This document shows, one piece after another, positions 1 to 13,703 of a stretch of DNA of 64,000 bases. The notes under the pieces were generated by a model. The model did not search any database and was not told where the DNA came from. It was given only the letters and a program-made list of their open reading frames with translations. Position 1 is the first letter of the stretch. Every line of letters starts with the position of its first letter. The position numbers and the translations under genes are program-made. Origin of the DNA: Octopus vulgaris (taxonomy: Eukaryota); assembly GCA_951406725.2 (NCBI GenBank), contig OX597818.1, forward strand, positions 144,956,001-145,020,000, written 5' to 3'.

Positions 1-307
1 CTAAATTCAAAATTTAAATTTTGGAACATATTACTTATTTGCTCTTTCGTAAAATAAGACCAGTTTTCAATGCCTCACTGAAGTAATGAAGTTCACAATG
101 ACAATACATATTTCTGCATATTTGAGTGTGTGTGTGTGTGTGTGTGCGTGTGTCTTTAATGGCCAGTGGTCAATCTAAGGTCACTGTGCTCAGGCATGCA
201 TTGGGAGGAGGAACCTGAACTAGAGACAATAAACAACTTTCTATCAATCTCTTTTATAGATCTTTATATACATCCATACTCACTCCCTCCCTGTTACACA
301 CACATAT

Positions 308-310
<3 letters not shown>

Positions 311-397
<87 letters not shown>
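311..397. repeat. (CA)n microsatellite
   Basis: Direct inspection; explains the poly-TH stretch of ORF 166-636. Confidence 0.97.
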
Positions 398-399
<2 letters not shown>

Positions 400-790
400 T
401 TTGGAGTGTCTTGCTTTTTGTCGATGTCCCAAAAGGAACTACAATTAATTCCTATGGGAATTGCGGATGCATTGGGAATGGGTGCTTTGAATGAATTGAT
501 GTCACTAAAAAAACTGGTTATGTATAAAAAAAAAGGCCCATTACATCTTTTACGTTATGTTTGTTTATTGAAAGAGAGCCTCTGTATGCAAGATTGCTGG
601 GAGGTGGAGGGACTCCCCGTATTGAGTGCTACATAGCAGAAGGGTCTATATCTAGTGCATGCCCGGAGAAATTGCGCTCTTCGACTCCCTATAAATTTGG
701 CCCTGATCGAGTAGTCCTGTAACCAGGGGCATTTCATATGTGACCTATGCCTTCTTTTGTAGACAGGATGTATATAATGTGTTCGCTATT
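400..790 (-). pseudogene. Possible decayed LINE APE-endonuclease fragment
   Basis: Minus-strand ORF 555-737 ends ...FCYVALNTGSPST, resembling the LNTGxPT motif at the C-terminus of I/Jockey-type endonucleases. No other clear motif. Confidence 0.3.
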
Positions 791-848
791 TTTTAAGACA
801 ATGGAACGTTAGTTATCAGTTATAAACGGGTAGTAAGATCACTTAGAG

Positions 849-1834
849 CAAGGTTTCTCTACAACTTTTCATCTATGGGCTTCTTAGGTTACTATTATAT
901 TCTGGTGGACGCCCATAGCAAGATGATGTTTAAAAACTAGTTTTATAGATACTTCTTTCAAAATTCCTAATTTGTTTTTCACACATTGACTTGTGTAGGT
1001 TGAACTATATGTTACCAACACGGATGCTTTTGTGATACAGATATGGAGACTTTATCCATGGCACCAGCACCTAATTAGAGCAGGCCAACTGGAGAGCAAT
1101 CCAACAGGAGAGCAGGCCAACTGGAGAGCAAGCCAACTGGAGAGCAGGTCAGCTGGAAAGCGAGCCAGTTGGAGAGCAAGCCAACTGGAGAGCAGGCCAA
1201 CTGGAGAGCAGGCCAGCTGCAGAGCAGGCCAGCCAGAGAGCAGGCCAACTAGAGAGCAGGCCAACTGGAGAGCAGGCCAACTGGAGAGCAAGCCAACTGG
1301 AGAGCAGGTCAACTGGAGAGCAGGTCAGCTGGAGAGCAGGCCAACTGGAGAGCAAGCCAGCTGGAGAGCAGTCGAGGCATCCAGTCTCTAATTGCCTGTT
1401 TTGTCATAGTATGGCTGGGTGCCCTTCCTAATGCCAACCAATTTATAGAGTGTACTGGGTGACTTCTACATGGCACTGGTATGGGTGCTATGTGGTACCA
1501 GCACGGGTGCTTTTAATGTGATACAGATATGGGTATTTTTTGCATGGTACCAGCACCTAATGAGAGCAGGCCAGATGGAGAGCAGGCCAACTGGAGAGCA
1601 GGCCAGCTGGAGAGCAAGTCAAATGGCGTGCAGGCCAACTGGAGAGCAGGCCAAATGGAGAGCAGGCCAAATGGAGAGTAAACCCGTTTTTTTTAATACA
1701 TACATTTAAAGCAAAGTTTTTCAGGGTCCCTTAAAATACTATTGTAGCTTCTAAACATATTATTTTGTTGCACGGACACCCAATATCTTATATGGACCAT
1801 CAGGGCCCATACGTACCTCGGTTGAGAACCACTG
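849..1834. mobile_element. hAT (Charlie-like) non-autonomous element
   Basis: Left end CAAGGTTTCTCTAC, right end GGTTGAGAACCACTG (reverse complement CAGTGGTTCTCAACC, a Charlie/MER5-type TIR). Near-identical 8-bp TSD ACTTAGAG (841-848) / ACTCAGAG (1835-1842). Confidence 0.75.
1077..1680 (+). repeat. 16-bp GC-rich minisatellite (GGAGAGCAGGCCAACT)n in two blocks, ~1077-1370 and ~1562-1680
   Basis: Direct tandem repeats. Both blocks follow a similar leader (GTGATACAGATATGG...CCAGCACCTAAT). Confidence 0.93.
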
Positions 1835-2419
1835 ACTCAGAGTTTCCATCTGTGTCTTGGCTGCCAGAGAAATATATAAAATACATTGAGAGGACCAAAT
1901 CAAAGAGTAAATAACGTCCTATTTAGCTCAGTGCTTCTCAATGGCGAATATGATGATGGAATAAAAGGGACACACAAATTGCTGTGCTGAATAAAATCAA
2001 GTTGATTTCAAAATGTGTAACTGTCCAACAGCAACGCAAATGAATTGCTGGCCTTGTTCTATATCAGAAACCCCCACCCACAAAAAAAAAATACAAAAAA
2101 ACAACAAATTTCGTTTCTTATATTTCTAAGAACGAAAAGTCGTGATAGATTAGCAGGATCGTTAGATCATTGGACAAAATGCACACGGCATTTAATTACA
2201 GTTTTTAATCTCCGAATTCAAATCTTTACTAAGGTTAAGTAAAAGAAAAAAAAAAAAAAGAAAGGAAAACCCATTAATCACCTAGAATCCGTGGCCTTAT
2301 ATTAATTATGGCAATCAGTATGACATAGGGCAAGTTGTTGCTTTGTGAACTTAAGCAACATTTTCAGTCGTTTCTCGCCTGTAGAAGATGAAAAGTACAT
2401 TTTGCACGAATCATTCTTT

Positions 2420-2995
2420 CCTTGTTCGTTCGGCATGTTAGCAATAACAGCCAAATTTCTATCAAATCACTCTCAACTATCTTAAAACCAGAAAGGGCGC
2501 AGAGGACGATGCTGTTTCTGATACTTCCAAACAAGCTGGATGGTTAGGGTCGTTATGCCTCTGATCTGTTCGACCAAGATTTATTTGCGATTAAACAACG
2601 CCAACAACAATATGTTCTACACAAACAGCCACGGACGGGATGTGGGCTGTTGATGTCATCGTAGCACGGGCTTCCTATGTCATTCGAGAAAGGATCGAAA
2701 TATTGGGAATAATCACCGAAGTGAGAACAACTACGCCGATATTAACAACAAGGACAATATCACCACCACCACCACCACCACCACTAACAACAACAACAAC
2801 AACAACAACAACAACGGCACCTTACAACATGGAGCCTCTATGAGGTCATTTAATCTTCTAGATATAGCAGCCAAATTACTTCTAACCGTCATAAATAGGG
2901 AAAGACATAAAAACACACATTGGACACGGTTGGAATATCATTTAAACATAGGCCAACTCGATCAAGAGTGGTTCAGGACTAAACAACAACAACAA
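2420..2995 (+). repeat. Two copies of an old dispersed repeat ending in (CAA)n
   Basis: Shared core TAGAxATAGCAGCCAAAT...AAATCAC at ~2435 and ~2858. Related decayed copies near 8290, 9940 (-), 10560, 20590, 21910 and 35035. Confidence 0.6.
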
Positions 2996-3004
2996 TATTG
3001 ATTT

Positions 3005-3348
3005 CAAATCTTTGCACAAGGCCAGCAAGTCTGGGGGAAGCGGGTAGGTCGATTACATCAACCCCAATGCTCAACTGGTACATATTTTATCGATCCCGAA
3101 AGGATGAAAGGCAAAGTCAACCTCGGCAGAATTTGAACTCAGAACGTAACGGCAGGCGAAATGCCGCTAAACATTTTGCCTGTCATAGGCGCAGGAGCGG
3201 CTGTGTGGTAAGTAGCTTGCTTGCCAACCACATGGTTCCGGTTAAGTCCCACTGCGTGGCACCTTGGGCAAGTGTCTTCTACTATAGCCTCGGGCGAACC
3301 AACGCCTTGTGAGTGGATTTTGTAGACGGAAACTGGAGGAAGCCCGTC

Positions 3349-3392
<44 letters not shown>

Positions 3393-3418
3393 GTGTGTGT
3401 GTCTGTGTGTGTGTGTGC

Positions 3419-3463
<45 letters not shown>

Positions 3464-3700
3464 CCTGTGTTTCCCCCTCCATCATCGTTTGACAACCGAT
3501 TGTGGTGTGTTTACGTCTCCGTCACTTAGCGGTTCGGCAAGAGAGCCCGATAGAATAAGTACTAGGCTTACAAAGAATAAGTCCTGGGGGCGATTTGCTC
3601 GACTAAAGGCGGTGCTCCAGCTTCGCCGCAGTCAAATGACTGAAACAAATAAAAGAATAAAAGAATGTAAGATGTGCTAACAATTCTGCCAGCTCACCAA
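3005..3700 (-). mobile_element. SINE family A copy, interrupted by a family B SINE
   Basis: Family A (GGCGGCGAGCTGGCAGAA...GAGTTCAAATTC B-box...GCCTTTCATCCTTTCGGGGTCGATAAA) runs 3005-3180 and resumes at ~3674-3699 after the insertion. Confidence 0.85.
3188..3665 (+). mobile_element. SINE family B (tRNA head, CORE-like segment, internal TA/TG microsatellite)
   Basis: GGCGCAGGAGCGGCTGTGTGGTAAG head with A/B-box-like motifs. GTGGCACCTTGGGCAAGTG resembles the CORE domain. Tail TGACTGAAACAAATAAAAGA. Several other copies in the window. Confidence 0.88.
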
Positions 3701-4677
3701 TTTTCAACGACAGCAATAGTAATTAAAATTTATCGCAACGAGCCTCTGTGTTGTCCAGGCGCGTGTACTGCGATAGGATGTAAGAGCGCTTGTGTTTTTC
3801 TTCTTTAAACTAAAAAGAGTCCCGTAAAATTAAAATTCAAAAATGTATTTTTAATAGAAAACATGTAACCTAATACTTATTTTTCAACTACTGTTTCCAT
3901 TATTACTAAATCAATATGTACACAGTCTGACGCGGTGGAGCCATCGATGTGAAAATTCTAAAATTAATATTTTTAATTAATAAATAATTTATTAAACAGC
4001 ACACCATAATCTTTACATTTTTAATATGAAATTGACTTTTTTAAAACAAAACAATTTTCATTAAAAGTGACTAAGCTTGATTATTTATCATAAAATTTTT
4101 CTCAAGTACGACATTAACGGCAGATCCTTTCGCCTTAACGACACCCCTCACTTCACACACCATCAACATGGTTGCCTTTGTGTCTATGTTACAAATCATT
4201 AAATCGTTAGCTTGCTGGACAAAATGTCTGTCAGTATTTGTGCCAGTTTTTAACATTTTGAGTTCATTTTCCATCGTAGTCAACTTTGTCTTTCATCTTT
4301 CCGGAATCGATATAATAGACTGTTCCTCTTTCCCCAAATTCCTGGAATTGTACCTATGTGAGAAATTATTATTATCACACACAGGATGTAAGAATAAATA
4401 AGAATTTGTCTTCTGAGTCTTCTGTGAGCGATAAAGCAAGCTACGTTTTGAAACGTGTGTAGCGTAAATAGTTTTAAATAGATCTATTATTTTCATAATC
4501 ACCCAGAATCGGATTAAGATTCTGTACAAATACTTTGAGTCTCTCCACAAGTGATATTTTCAATACATTTTCACCTACTTACTGGAGGCCTTGGGCTACA
4601 TCCCTTGAATTTCGTGCTTTAATCTGGTAGTATTGTTCAGAGTGTATTTAATCTGATGAGCACAAAATGTGAAACTG

Positions 4678-5060
4678 GGTATGAGACCATTTTGGCACAG
4701 CCATTTAGGCGTCTCCTATTTGGCATCGCTGATTTGACGTTGCTTTATTTGACATCAGACGTTTTAATGTTTCTCTCGTTCTCTCTCTCTCCCCTCTCCC
4801 TCTCTGTTTATATTGGTCAGCATATAGTTATGTAGGTGTAATGCCCCTCTTCCCCTCTCTTTCACTATCTGAATGTGTGTATTCCTGCGCATTCGTACGT
4901 ATGTGCATGTATGTGAGTGCGTGTATGTGAGTGCGTGCGTGCGTGCGCGTGTGTGTTAGCTTTCTTTACTAAAACTTACTGTCACCAAACCAAGTTGATC
5001 ATCCTGTCAGCCGTGCAGAATCGCCAGCGTCCAAACAGCCGCGTCCAATCGACCCATTCC
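4678..5060. mobile_element. Putative MITE with imperfect ~35-bp TIRs
   Basis: Left GGTATGAGACCATTTTGGCACAGCCATTTAGGCGTC versus reverse complement of right end GGAATGGGTCGATTGGACGCGGCTGTTTGGACGC. No clear TSD. Confidence 0.45.
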
Positions 5061-5719
5061 GAGGGAAGTTACTCCACCAGATCAAGTAAGTGAAGATGCA
5101 ATTATATAGTTACATTGTATCAGCTTAAAACACGACTATTGATGGAGACGACTACTGCATCAAATGTTTATTCAACAACTAGACCATGGCTTACCAACTG
5201 CATATACAGTCATTCATGTGCTGAAGGGACTTAATGAGCTAAAAACCGAAGAAGATTTCAGGGTAATGTAATCAGACTGTAATTCAACAAGCATGAGATG
5301 CAGTTACTGAAATTCCACTGAAAATTCCTAATCGAAGCCGATTAACCACGACAGAACTTGGAGGAGTTCTACCGCGTGGAACTATATTGCACATTTCTGG
5401 ATATATTTATTCAAGATAATAGATGGGGATTTAAAGGAAAGGGTGAAGGCAAGAAAAAACCCGAAGTCTCTTCATGGTTTAATTATATAATTAAACTATA
5501 GAAGGCAAGTGGACACATGATACAATTAGTAAATTTCTCTGCAAAGTCTATGACTCTGAATAAGATGACAAACTTTTGACAGAATTTTACTCATTCTATC
5601 CATTGCTAAAAAAAATAATCCGAGATCAGCCCTCAAATATATCACGGAAAACAATACTGATATGAGCTTCTGAAATATCTATGAATTAAAATTTATGCAA
5701 CACCTCCAGTAAAAAAAAA

Positions 5720-6143
5720 TCCTTTCTTCTATAGGCACAAGGCCAGATATGTTTAGGGAGGGGAATAGTCGATTACTTTGACCCCTAATGCTTATTTCAT
5801 CAACCGTGAAAAAATGAAAGTCGATTCGTGCGGAATTTGAACATAAAGACACATGACACAAACAAACAAGCATTTTGTCCAGCGTGTTAACGATTCTGCC
5901 AGCTCGCCGTTTTAACAACGTTAGTAATAATACTTTCTACTATAGGTGCAAGGTCTGAAATTTGGGTGAGTGGAACTGTCGATCACATCGACCCCAGTAC
6001 TCAACTAGTATTTATTTTATCGACCCCGGAAGGATGAAAGGCAAAGTCGACTTCGGTGGAATTCGAACTTAGAACATGAAGACGGACGAAATACTGTTAA
6101 GCATTTCGCTCGGTGTGCTAACGATTCTGCTAGCTCACCGCCT
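5720..6143 (-). mobile_element. Two tandem SINE family A copies
   Basis: Two reverse copies of the ...AAAGTCGA...GAATTTGAAC...GATTCTGCCAGCTCGCC consensus. Confidence 0.88.
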
Positions 6144-6710
6144 TTCAGAAACAACTATAAAAATAATAGGTGTGCCCCTTTTACGAAGCTCAGGTTAAGT
6201 ATAAACTGCAAAGCTTACTTGTGAAAGAGTGACTCTCCAATCTAATACTGTTTAACATTGAGAAAAATATCCCTGCTGATAGTGAAGTGATATTTTCAAC
6301 TGTATGGCTAACAGGGCAATGCAATTTTGATTTATTAAAGTATATTGGCCGCTTTATTTTCCATTATGCATTTCGTTTTAGATAATTAAGAATATGATTT
6401 ATAATTTTTGCTTTTGCATTTCCCTGGTAAGTGGGGAGTCAATATTTTACTATTGCTACTTAAGAGCCGTGGCCTTTATATTAAATTGCACACAGTGTAT
6501 TTCTATAAATCTTTATAAATTCATATGATTCCGAACGTAGAAGATAGAATAATGTTATTTATATGAAAAGTAGAATGAAGGTTAATATAAGTAAAATTGA
6601 ATAATAATGGTAAATAAGCATTTCAAAATCTTCCTATCCTGTGAAAATCTTACAAAAACCAGCATCTTTTTATTATATATTTTCATTTATTTTCTTTAAT
6701 CACGTATAAA

Positions 6711-6930
6711 TACGAGCGGGTGCTGAAAAGTTCCTGGTTTTAAGGGCCTCGAAAAGGTCTGGTTGGAGGCCCAAACTTCCGGGTTCTTTTACAGGGCTTA
6801 GAAAACCTGAAGAACTGCTGCAATAAGTGTGTGAATCTGAGAGGGAAATATGTTGAATAAAATCATAATTAACTGATCCGCCTCTATTTTCTTTTACCCA
6901 AAGCCAGAAACTTTTCAGCACCCCGTCGTA
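6711..6930 (+). mobile_element. Mariner-derived MITE (~220 bp)
   Basis: TA-flanked TIRs CGAGCGGGTGCTGAAAAGTTCCTGG / CCAGAAACTTTTCAGCACCCCGTCG. Interior retains a transposase C-terminus (..NKCVNLRGKYVE*). Second copy at 51073-51290. Confidence 0.9.
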
Positions 6931-6991
6931 TAATGTACTGAATTAAAAAAAATATTACCACATACAATCTTAATATCTCTGATTGTATGCG

Positions 6992-8176
6992 TATGAGGGT
7001 GTACTGAAAAGTAACTGGAAACGTTATCTGTGGGACAAGCCCATTGTAGTTTAGGCTTCTGCTGCTAGAAGCCACTAGATGCAACCTTCAGTCTGCCGAT
7101 CGGCGTCGTCGAGTGCAGTCGTACTGCCACGTGGTGCGTCTTTGCTTTGCAGTGCTTCTCCCCTGTTCGTCGATTTTTGCGATGGCTGAAACGAAGGAAC
7201 AGCGTGCTTCTATGAAATTCTGTTTTCTGCTGGGGAAAACAGCAGCTGAAACAGTTGTCATGCTTCAAACAGCTTAAAAGGACGCTGCCATGAGTTAAAA
7301 TACAAGTTTACGAGTGGTTTTCACGCTTTAGAAATGGTCCCTTGTTGCTTGAAGATGAATCTCGTTTAGGACGACCGTCGACCTCCTGAATGAATAAAAA
7401 GCTCATGAAAATTCCTGAACTGATCTTGGAAGACCGTCACCGAACAATTGACGAACTTGTTGATATAACTGGTGGGTCCTGGAGCTCCTCCCAACGAATT
7501 TTGAGCAAAGAATTGCAAATGTTGCAGCAAAAATTTGTGCCTCACTTGCTCACGGAAGATCAAAAGCAGTGACGGCTGAATGCGTGTCGTGAACTGAAAG
7601 AACAGTTGGAAGATGAAAGTTATCACTGGTGACGAAAACTGGTTCTACGATCCGGAAACGAAGCTGCAATCAAGTCAGTGGAAGCATCCAACGTCACCAT
7701 GCCCCACCCAAAAGTACGTCAAGTGAAGTACAATGTCAAGATGATGCTAATTTGTTTCGTCGATGCGAAAGGAATTGTCCACTGAATTTGTTCCTCCTGA
7801 TCAAATTGTTTACCAGACATTTTACTTGGCTGTTCTGAGGTGTTTGCGAGACACGATAAAAATGGCAGGACCTCGTTTACCCACCAGACCTTGCTTCCTA
7901 CAACTTTTTCTTGTTCCCCCGAATGAAAAAAGTCCTTAAAGGAAAAGATTTTGCAGATGTGGAAGAGGTGAAAAAACCCCCAAAAAACGACGGAGACGTT
8001 AAAAGGTATTATTTCGCAAGAATTCTAAGACTGCTCCGAACAGTGGAAAACGTATTTGGATCAATGCATTGCTTTAAATGGAGAATATTTTTAAGGCGGT
8101 AAAAGTGTAAACATATAAAACTATGTGAATATAAGAATATTTCAAAATTCCGGCCTCTTTTGGCTACCCCATCGTA
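6992..8176 (+). mobile_element. Decayed mariner (Tc1/mariner) transposon
   Basis: TA-flanked imperfect TIRs (TGAGGGTGTACTGAAAAGT / CTCTTTGGCTACCCCATCG) around a transposase pseudogene. Confidence 0.9.
7182..8100 (+). pseudogene. Mariner transposase pseudogene
   Basis: Translates in pieces to MAETKEQRASMKFCFLLGKTAAET, VYEWFSRF, GRPSTS, KFVPHLLT (WVPHEL motif), VITGDENW, YDPETK and FPRMKKVLKGKDF. Stops, frameshifts and a deletion across the second catalytic Asp region. Confidence 0.92.
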
Positions 8177-8614
8177 CATAACCTTATATAGCATTTGGGA
8201 TTTAATTTTTAATAAAGGTTGAGGAACTCTTTACTCAACAGAGTTCCTGTCATTCTGAAAGTCTATGCACATTACTGATGGAGTTGTTCAGCCTGTAAGA
8301 ATCAGAAGTCAAATATCCTTCAAATCATACCCTGCTGTATTAAAAGAAAGACGGAAGGACTCATTTGGATAATTCAAATTTATATGCATTATGAAAAAGG
8401 CGACTGGAATGCCTTCGGTTATTGCTCTGTTCGATCAACATCAAGCCAACGATGGAGTGTCTACGCGTTCGCTCCTACTGCTCGCAAAATCTCCTACAAA
8501 TTATACATTACTGTAATTTATCCATGAGGTAAAGCATCCATTCGTGATTATCACTTCTTTTTAGTAGTCATGTCTTTTCAGAGATACCTAGGTATTTAAA
8601 ACTACATAAGTGTA

Positions 8615-8760
8615 GGTAGGTGGCCAGGTTTCTAGGGTGTTCAGCTCTTGATCATAATGTCATAGGTTCAATTCCTCGATCAGGTGGCTCGAAGTATCCT
8701 TGACCAAGGCGCTGAATTTCACATTTCTCCAGTCCATTCAGCTAAAATACATACCAGCCG
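8615..8760 (+). mobile_element. Decayed SINE family C copy
   Basis: GGTTCAATTCC B-box followed by TCCTTGACCAAGGCGCTGAATTTCAC; similar to 52731-53040. Confidence 0.55.
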
Positions 8761-10759
8761 GATGCTGATATAGCTCTCTCTCTCTCTCAATCTCTCCCTT
8801 TCTCAAGCTGACACACTCTCGATATTTTGCTGGATCAATGTTGGGGCGGTCAGAGAGTATCAATGTCTGGTCACAGGGCTACATTACCTAACGTGCCCAA
8901 TCCGTTATTACAACGGCTGGGCGTAATTGGAAGATTTGTCTGTTATTTTTAAGGCTGAGTACTAAGGAGAGGCTCCTCGAGGTGGAAAGTTCTGTGCAAT
9001 AGGTGTTCCATACTCAAATGAAATGCAACTGTATCTATCTTGTATTTTTGTAGTACGTAGGAATACATTACCTAGTGTCATTCCTTGTTTAAGATGGTGC
9101 GTTGTGGTTTGCTGTTTTCAGGAAGTCGACTGACTGCGTAGAGACATAATATGTTGCTGTGTTCGCAATCAGTGTTCAGGCTGCAAGTGTTGAAGTAGAA
9201 ATAGAATTGTAAATTACGATGAAGTCTGTGCTTTGCTGATGGGGTATATTAATGGCAAAACATGTATGGAATTGTTCTCCGTATTAGTGGAAATGCATTA
9301 TGACATTATTCATTGCATTAATGCTTTATTTCCTGCACTGCTCGAGTATTTTGAATAAGGATTTTGATGCGTCTGCGTTTATGACTGAAATAACAAGAAT
9401 AAAAGCAAAAACAAATAAATTAAACAAAAATACATTTCTAAACTAAAAAAAAGAAAAGGCAACAACTACAGAAACATCTGCAGGAATTAAAGTACAACGC
9501 AAAATATGACCAGAGAGTGAACATGTTAGATTAATTCTTCATAGTGACAGAGAACGATACACGATACATTTATGGGTACCATTCTATAACTAAGGCTCTA
9601 AATTCCAAAACTTTGCAATGAGACGAAATGAAAAGATGATCTTGAAACTGAATGACATTCAGAGTTCAGACAGCAGAAAGAAAATGAGAAAAAAGGTGTA
9701 ACTCGGTCATCAATACCAGAAAATTGATTACTAAACCCGTCCTAGTAGATAGTAAAATTCTTGTTGTTTAACTATTAGTCAGCTCTAATTGAACAGTTCA
9801 ATGGTCAAAACAATTTCAGCCATGACCGAGCCATCTTTATTTTCTTTTCTTCAGGTACATTTTATTTAGGGCCTATAGTATCCAATAAATCCTCCCTTTT
9901 TACAGATAAAAGCGTATGTTCTGACAGATATTTGGATGCTATCTTTTGCAGGTTGAGACGTAGAGGCTATGTACGTTCTTTGTAGAGATAAAACTATAAC
10001 TTAAAAAGTTTTTTTGGTGAGGGGTCGATAAGTAAAACCACAACTAATATTCGGGTGAGTAAGCATTTTGTTAACTATCTCTCTTCCTCTCCCCTCTATC
10101 TCTGTCTCACTCCCTCTTTTTTTCAGCTTCATATTTTAAGACGGATGTAAACGTTATGGTTGGTTTGAAAAACTGCATGGACTGAGGCGGTAGTATTTTG
10201 GAAACATCAAGGTCCTTCTGTAAGTGTCACTGGTATCTTAATATGAATAATAACTGAAGTGATGACCCGGGGTGGGCGCTGTCCTGCAGTTGTTTAAGCA
10301 TGGACAAGAGAAAGTCATCCAGTTTTGTCTGATATGTAGAAGCATTTGTGGACTATCCCACACAACAGTTTTAGAGGGAATCTAGAATGTCATTTAACAT
10401 GCACGCTGGGATTGTGTAGCAGCAGACGAGAGCAAGGAACTGGCGTAGAGAATTCATCATTCTATATTCAATTCCAGCTGTTTCATTCTGTATCAATGGA
10501 CAAATGAATTACCGAACGCGTGGATATAGATCATTGAGTAGCCTCTATCTGGTCGCTCGAGCTGTTAGAAATAACAACCAGTTTTTCCTAAAATCACACG
10601 CTATGATATTAAAGGACCCAAGCTAGCCTCAAAAGGACATTGAAGTACTAGATATACTATAATTAAAAAACAAAACATGAAGAAGAAACATAAACGAATT
10701 GGTCAAGGCTGGACTACGTTTGATAACAGGTTAGTCCCATCAACGTAAACCTGGAGACT

Positions 10760-11590
10760 TATTACAACTACAACTGCCGTCTTACAACAACCATCATCAC
10801 CAACGTACCAAACATTGAATTCACCACCAACATAACTACGAAGCTCTACACTCTCCCACCACCACTTCACCACAATCACCACCAACACCACCTCCTCCAC
10901 CGCCATCACACCCGCGCCAACACCACCACCTCCATCTCCACCTCCACCTCTACCTCACCACATCCATCACCACTATACTACCACATCACTACCTCAATAT
11001 ATCAGCAATGGTATGCGTGTTCTCGATCGATTACTTAGGACAGTGTGATGGTGTTGGTTCTTGTAGAGCTGGTATTGGTATTTAATGATATAATAGTTGT
11101 GGTTGTTGTTAGTGTTACTGTAGTGGTGGTAGAAATAATTGTTGTGACCGGGGCAGTTGGCAGTTGTTGTTGTAGGGCTGGGAAAATTGGTAGTTGTTAT
11201 TAGTAACTGTGGTAGTGATGGTAGTAGTAAGAATGGTTGTTATGGTCGTGGTGGCCATTGCTGGCGTTGTCATTATTTTTATTGTTGTTGTAGGGCTGTT
11301 GGCGGTAGTAGTGGTTTTATAATTGTAGTTGTGGTGGTATTGGTGGTAGTTGCGGCGGTAGTGGCGTTGGTTCAGCTGGTATTGATGGTTGTGATGGTAA
11401 TTTCGGTTGCAGTTATGGTTGTAGAAGCTGTGGTGGTAGTCGTGTATGTTGAAGTTGTGATTGTAGTTATTGCTGTTGTTATTGGTTTACTGCTGCTGCT
11501 GCTGCTGCTGTATTGTTGTTGCTGTCGTTGCCACTGTCGCTGTTGTGCTGGTGGTGTTGGTAGTGGAGAGTATAACAACAACAACAACAA
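10760..11590. repeat. Degenerate trinucleotide low-complexity region (CAC/CAA-rich, then GTG/GTT-rich)
   Basis: Direct inspection; source of the V/T/L-rich spurious ORFs. Confidence 0.85.
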
Positions 11591-11867
11591 TAAAAAGGAT
11601 GTGGCTCTAAAAATAGAAAGAAAGGAGACCGAATCAAACATCAAAAATCAATAACGCCATTTTTCGGTTGTCTAATATAAAAACAAAAAACAAAACAAAA
11701 AAAAATATATCTGATCTCAACCAGAAAATCCGAAATACATGCATTTACACACGCGCGCACAAACACTCACACCCACCCCACACACGCATGCGTGTATACG
11801 TTTGTGTGTATATGTTTGTATACATGTGAATCCATGTTGCGTATATGTGTGTATCTCTGTACATGTA

Positions 11868-11919
<52 letters not shown>

Positions 11920-12069
11920 ATACAATTAAGGAATAAAAAAAACCGCGACGCTAAACTTCAAATGAGCGTATCATATTTTCAGCCGAAATAAATATTTCAC
12001 TCTATATTTGCATCGAGTACTTCTGCTAGGTTGAAGCTCATCGTTTCAAATAATAATAAAAATAATAAT

Positions 12070-12748
12070 GGTTTCAAATTTTGGCACAGGGCCAGCAAAT
12101 TCCGGGGATGGCTTAAGACTTTTACATCGACTCAGTGTTCAACTGGTACTTAATTTATCGATCTCGAATGGATGGAAGGTAAAGACGACCTTGGTGGAAT
12201 TTGAATTCCGAAAGTAAAGACGGTCGAAATGCCGCTAAGCATTTTGTCCGGCGTGCTAACGATTCTGCCAACACGCCGCTTAAAAAAAAAATAATAATCC
12301 TTTCTATTATAGGTACAAGCCCGAAATTTGGGGGGAGGGGGCTAATCGATTGTATCGATCCAAGTGTGCAACTGGTACTTAATTTATCGACCCCGAAAGG
12401 ATGAAAGGCAAAGTCAACCACGGCGGAATTTGAACTCAAAACGTAAGTACGGACAAAATGTCGTCAAGCATTTCACCCGGCGTGCTAACGATTCTGCCAG
12501 CTCGTCCTTTTAATAATAATAATCATAATAATCTTTTTTATTAAAGACACCAGGCTTGAAATTTTGGGGGAGTGGGGAGGCTAGTCGATTAGATCGACCT
12601 CAGTACACAACTAGTACTTAATTTATCGACCCCGAAAAGATGAGAGGTAAAGTCGACCTCGGCAGAATTTGCACTCAGAACATAAAGAGAGACAAAATAC
12701 TGTTAAGTTTTTTGCCAGGCGTGCTAACATTTCTACTAGCGCGCAGCT
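12070..12748 (-). mobile_element. Three tandem SINE family A copies separated by short (AAT)n
   Basis: Reverse consensus repeated at ~12070-12280, 12298-12508 and 12530-12748. Confidence 0.9.
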
Positions 12749-12750
12749 TT

Positions 12751-13150
<400 letters not shown>

Positions 13151-13703
13151 ATGCCCTGATGCAGTGCCAGGCAGTGGCTCTCATGGCTTTTCATCTTAAC
13201 TGATTGGAAGTGTTATGTACATTGTTTTGACTTGGTATAAAAGATGGGCTACAGCAAATATTCTGCTCAATAAACAGATTTGTTTGTCAGTTGTTTGACC
13301 TTAACCAGTTGAGCATGTCCCTTAATGGTTGACGATATGTGCATCTCTGATCACGAGCAGAAGTAATGGGGGAGCATCATAATCATGTGTTGTGAGGAAT
13401 TCTTTGGGGTTTGGACAATTCACCTCTGGAAATATGGATGTTTCGTTCAACGTCCTTAAAAAACCCTTATTTAGGGACCTTTTGAGCAGGATGGGCTACT
13501 CAGCCTGAAGAAAATTCTAAGTGGGCCCTACCTGCAAGATCATGCGCTATTAATCTTGATATGAAATCACCATGTCGCGCACATATGGTTGTGATGCATG
13601 TACCTGGTAAATCCTTATCAGACGGATAATTATGATGGGTATACTGGGCTTCATATATTTTACTCCAGTGTCACTTTGATGACATGCACTGCTCTCTCAC
13701 TCA

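Noticed and set aside
1077-1680. CRISPR-like array or repeat protein ORF (1032-1391)
   Set aside because: Units are contiguous with no unique spacers, there are no cas genes, and the 16-bp period is not a multiple of 3.
4653-4677. Hammerhead core CTGATGA-GCA-caaaa-TGT-GAAAC
   Set aside because: Core and stem II are present, but stems I and III cannot be closed; the sequence is cut by the adjacent MITE. At most a relic.
5120-5270. Cellular coding exon
   Set aside because: Stops occur in the candidate frames and no domain is recognisable; splice signals alone are insufficient.
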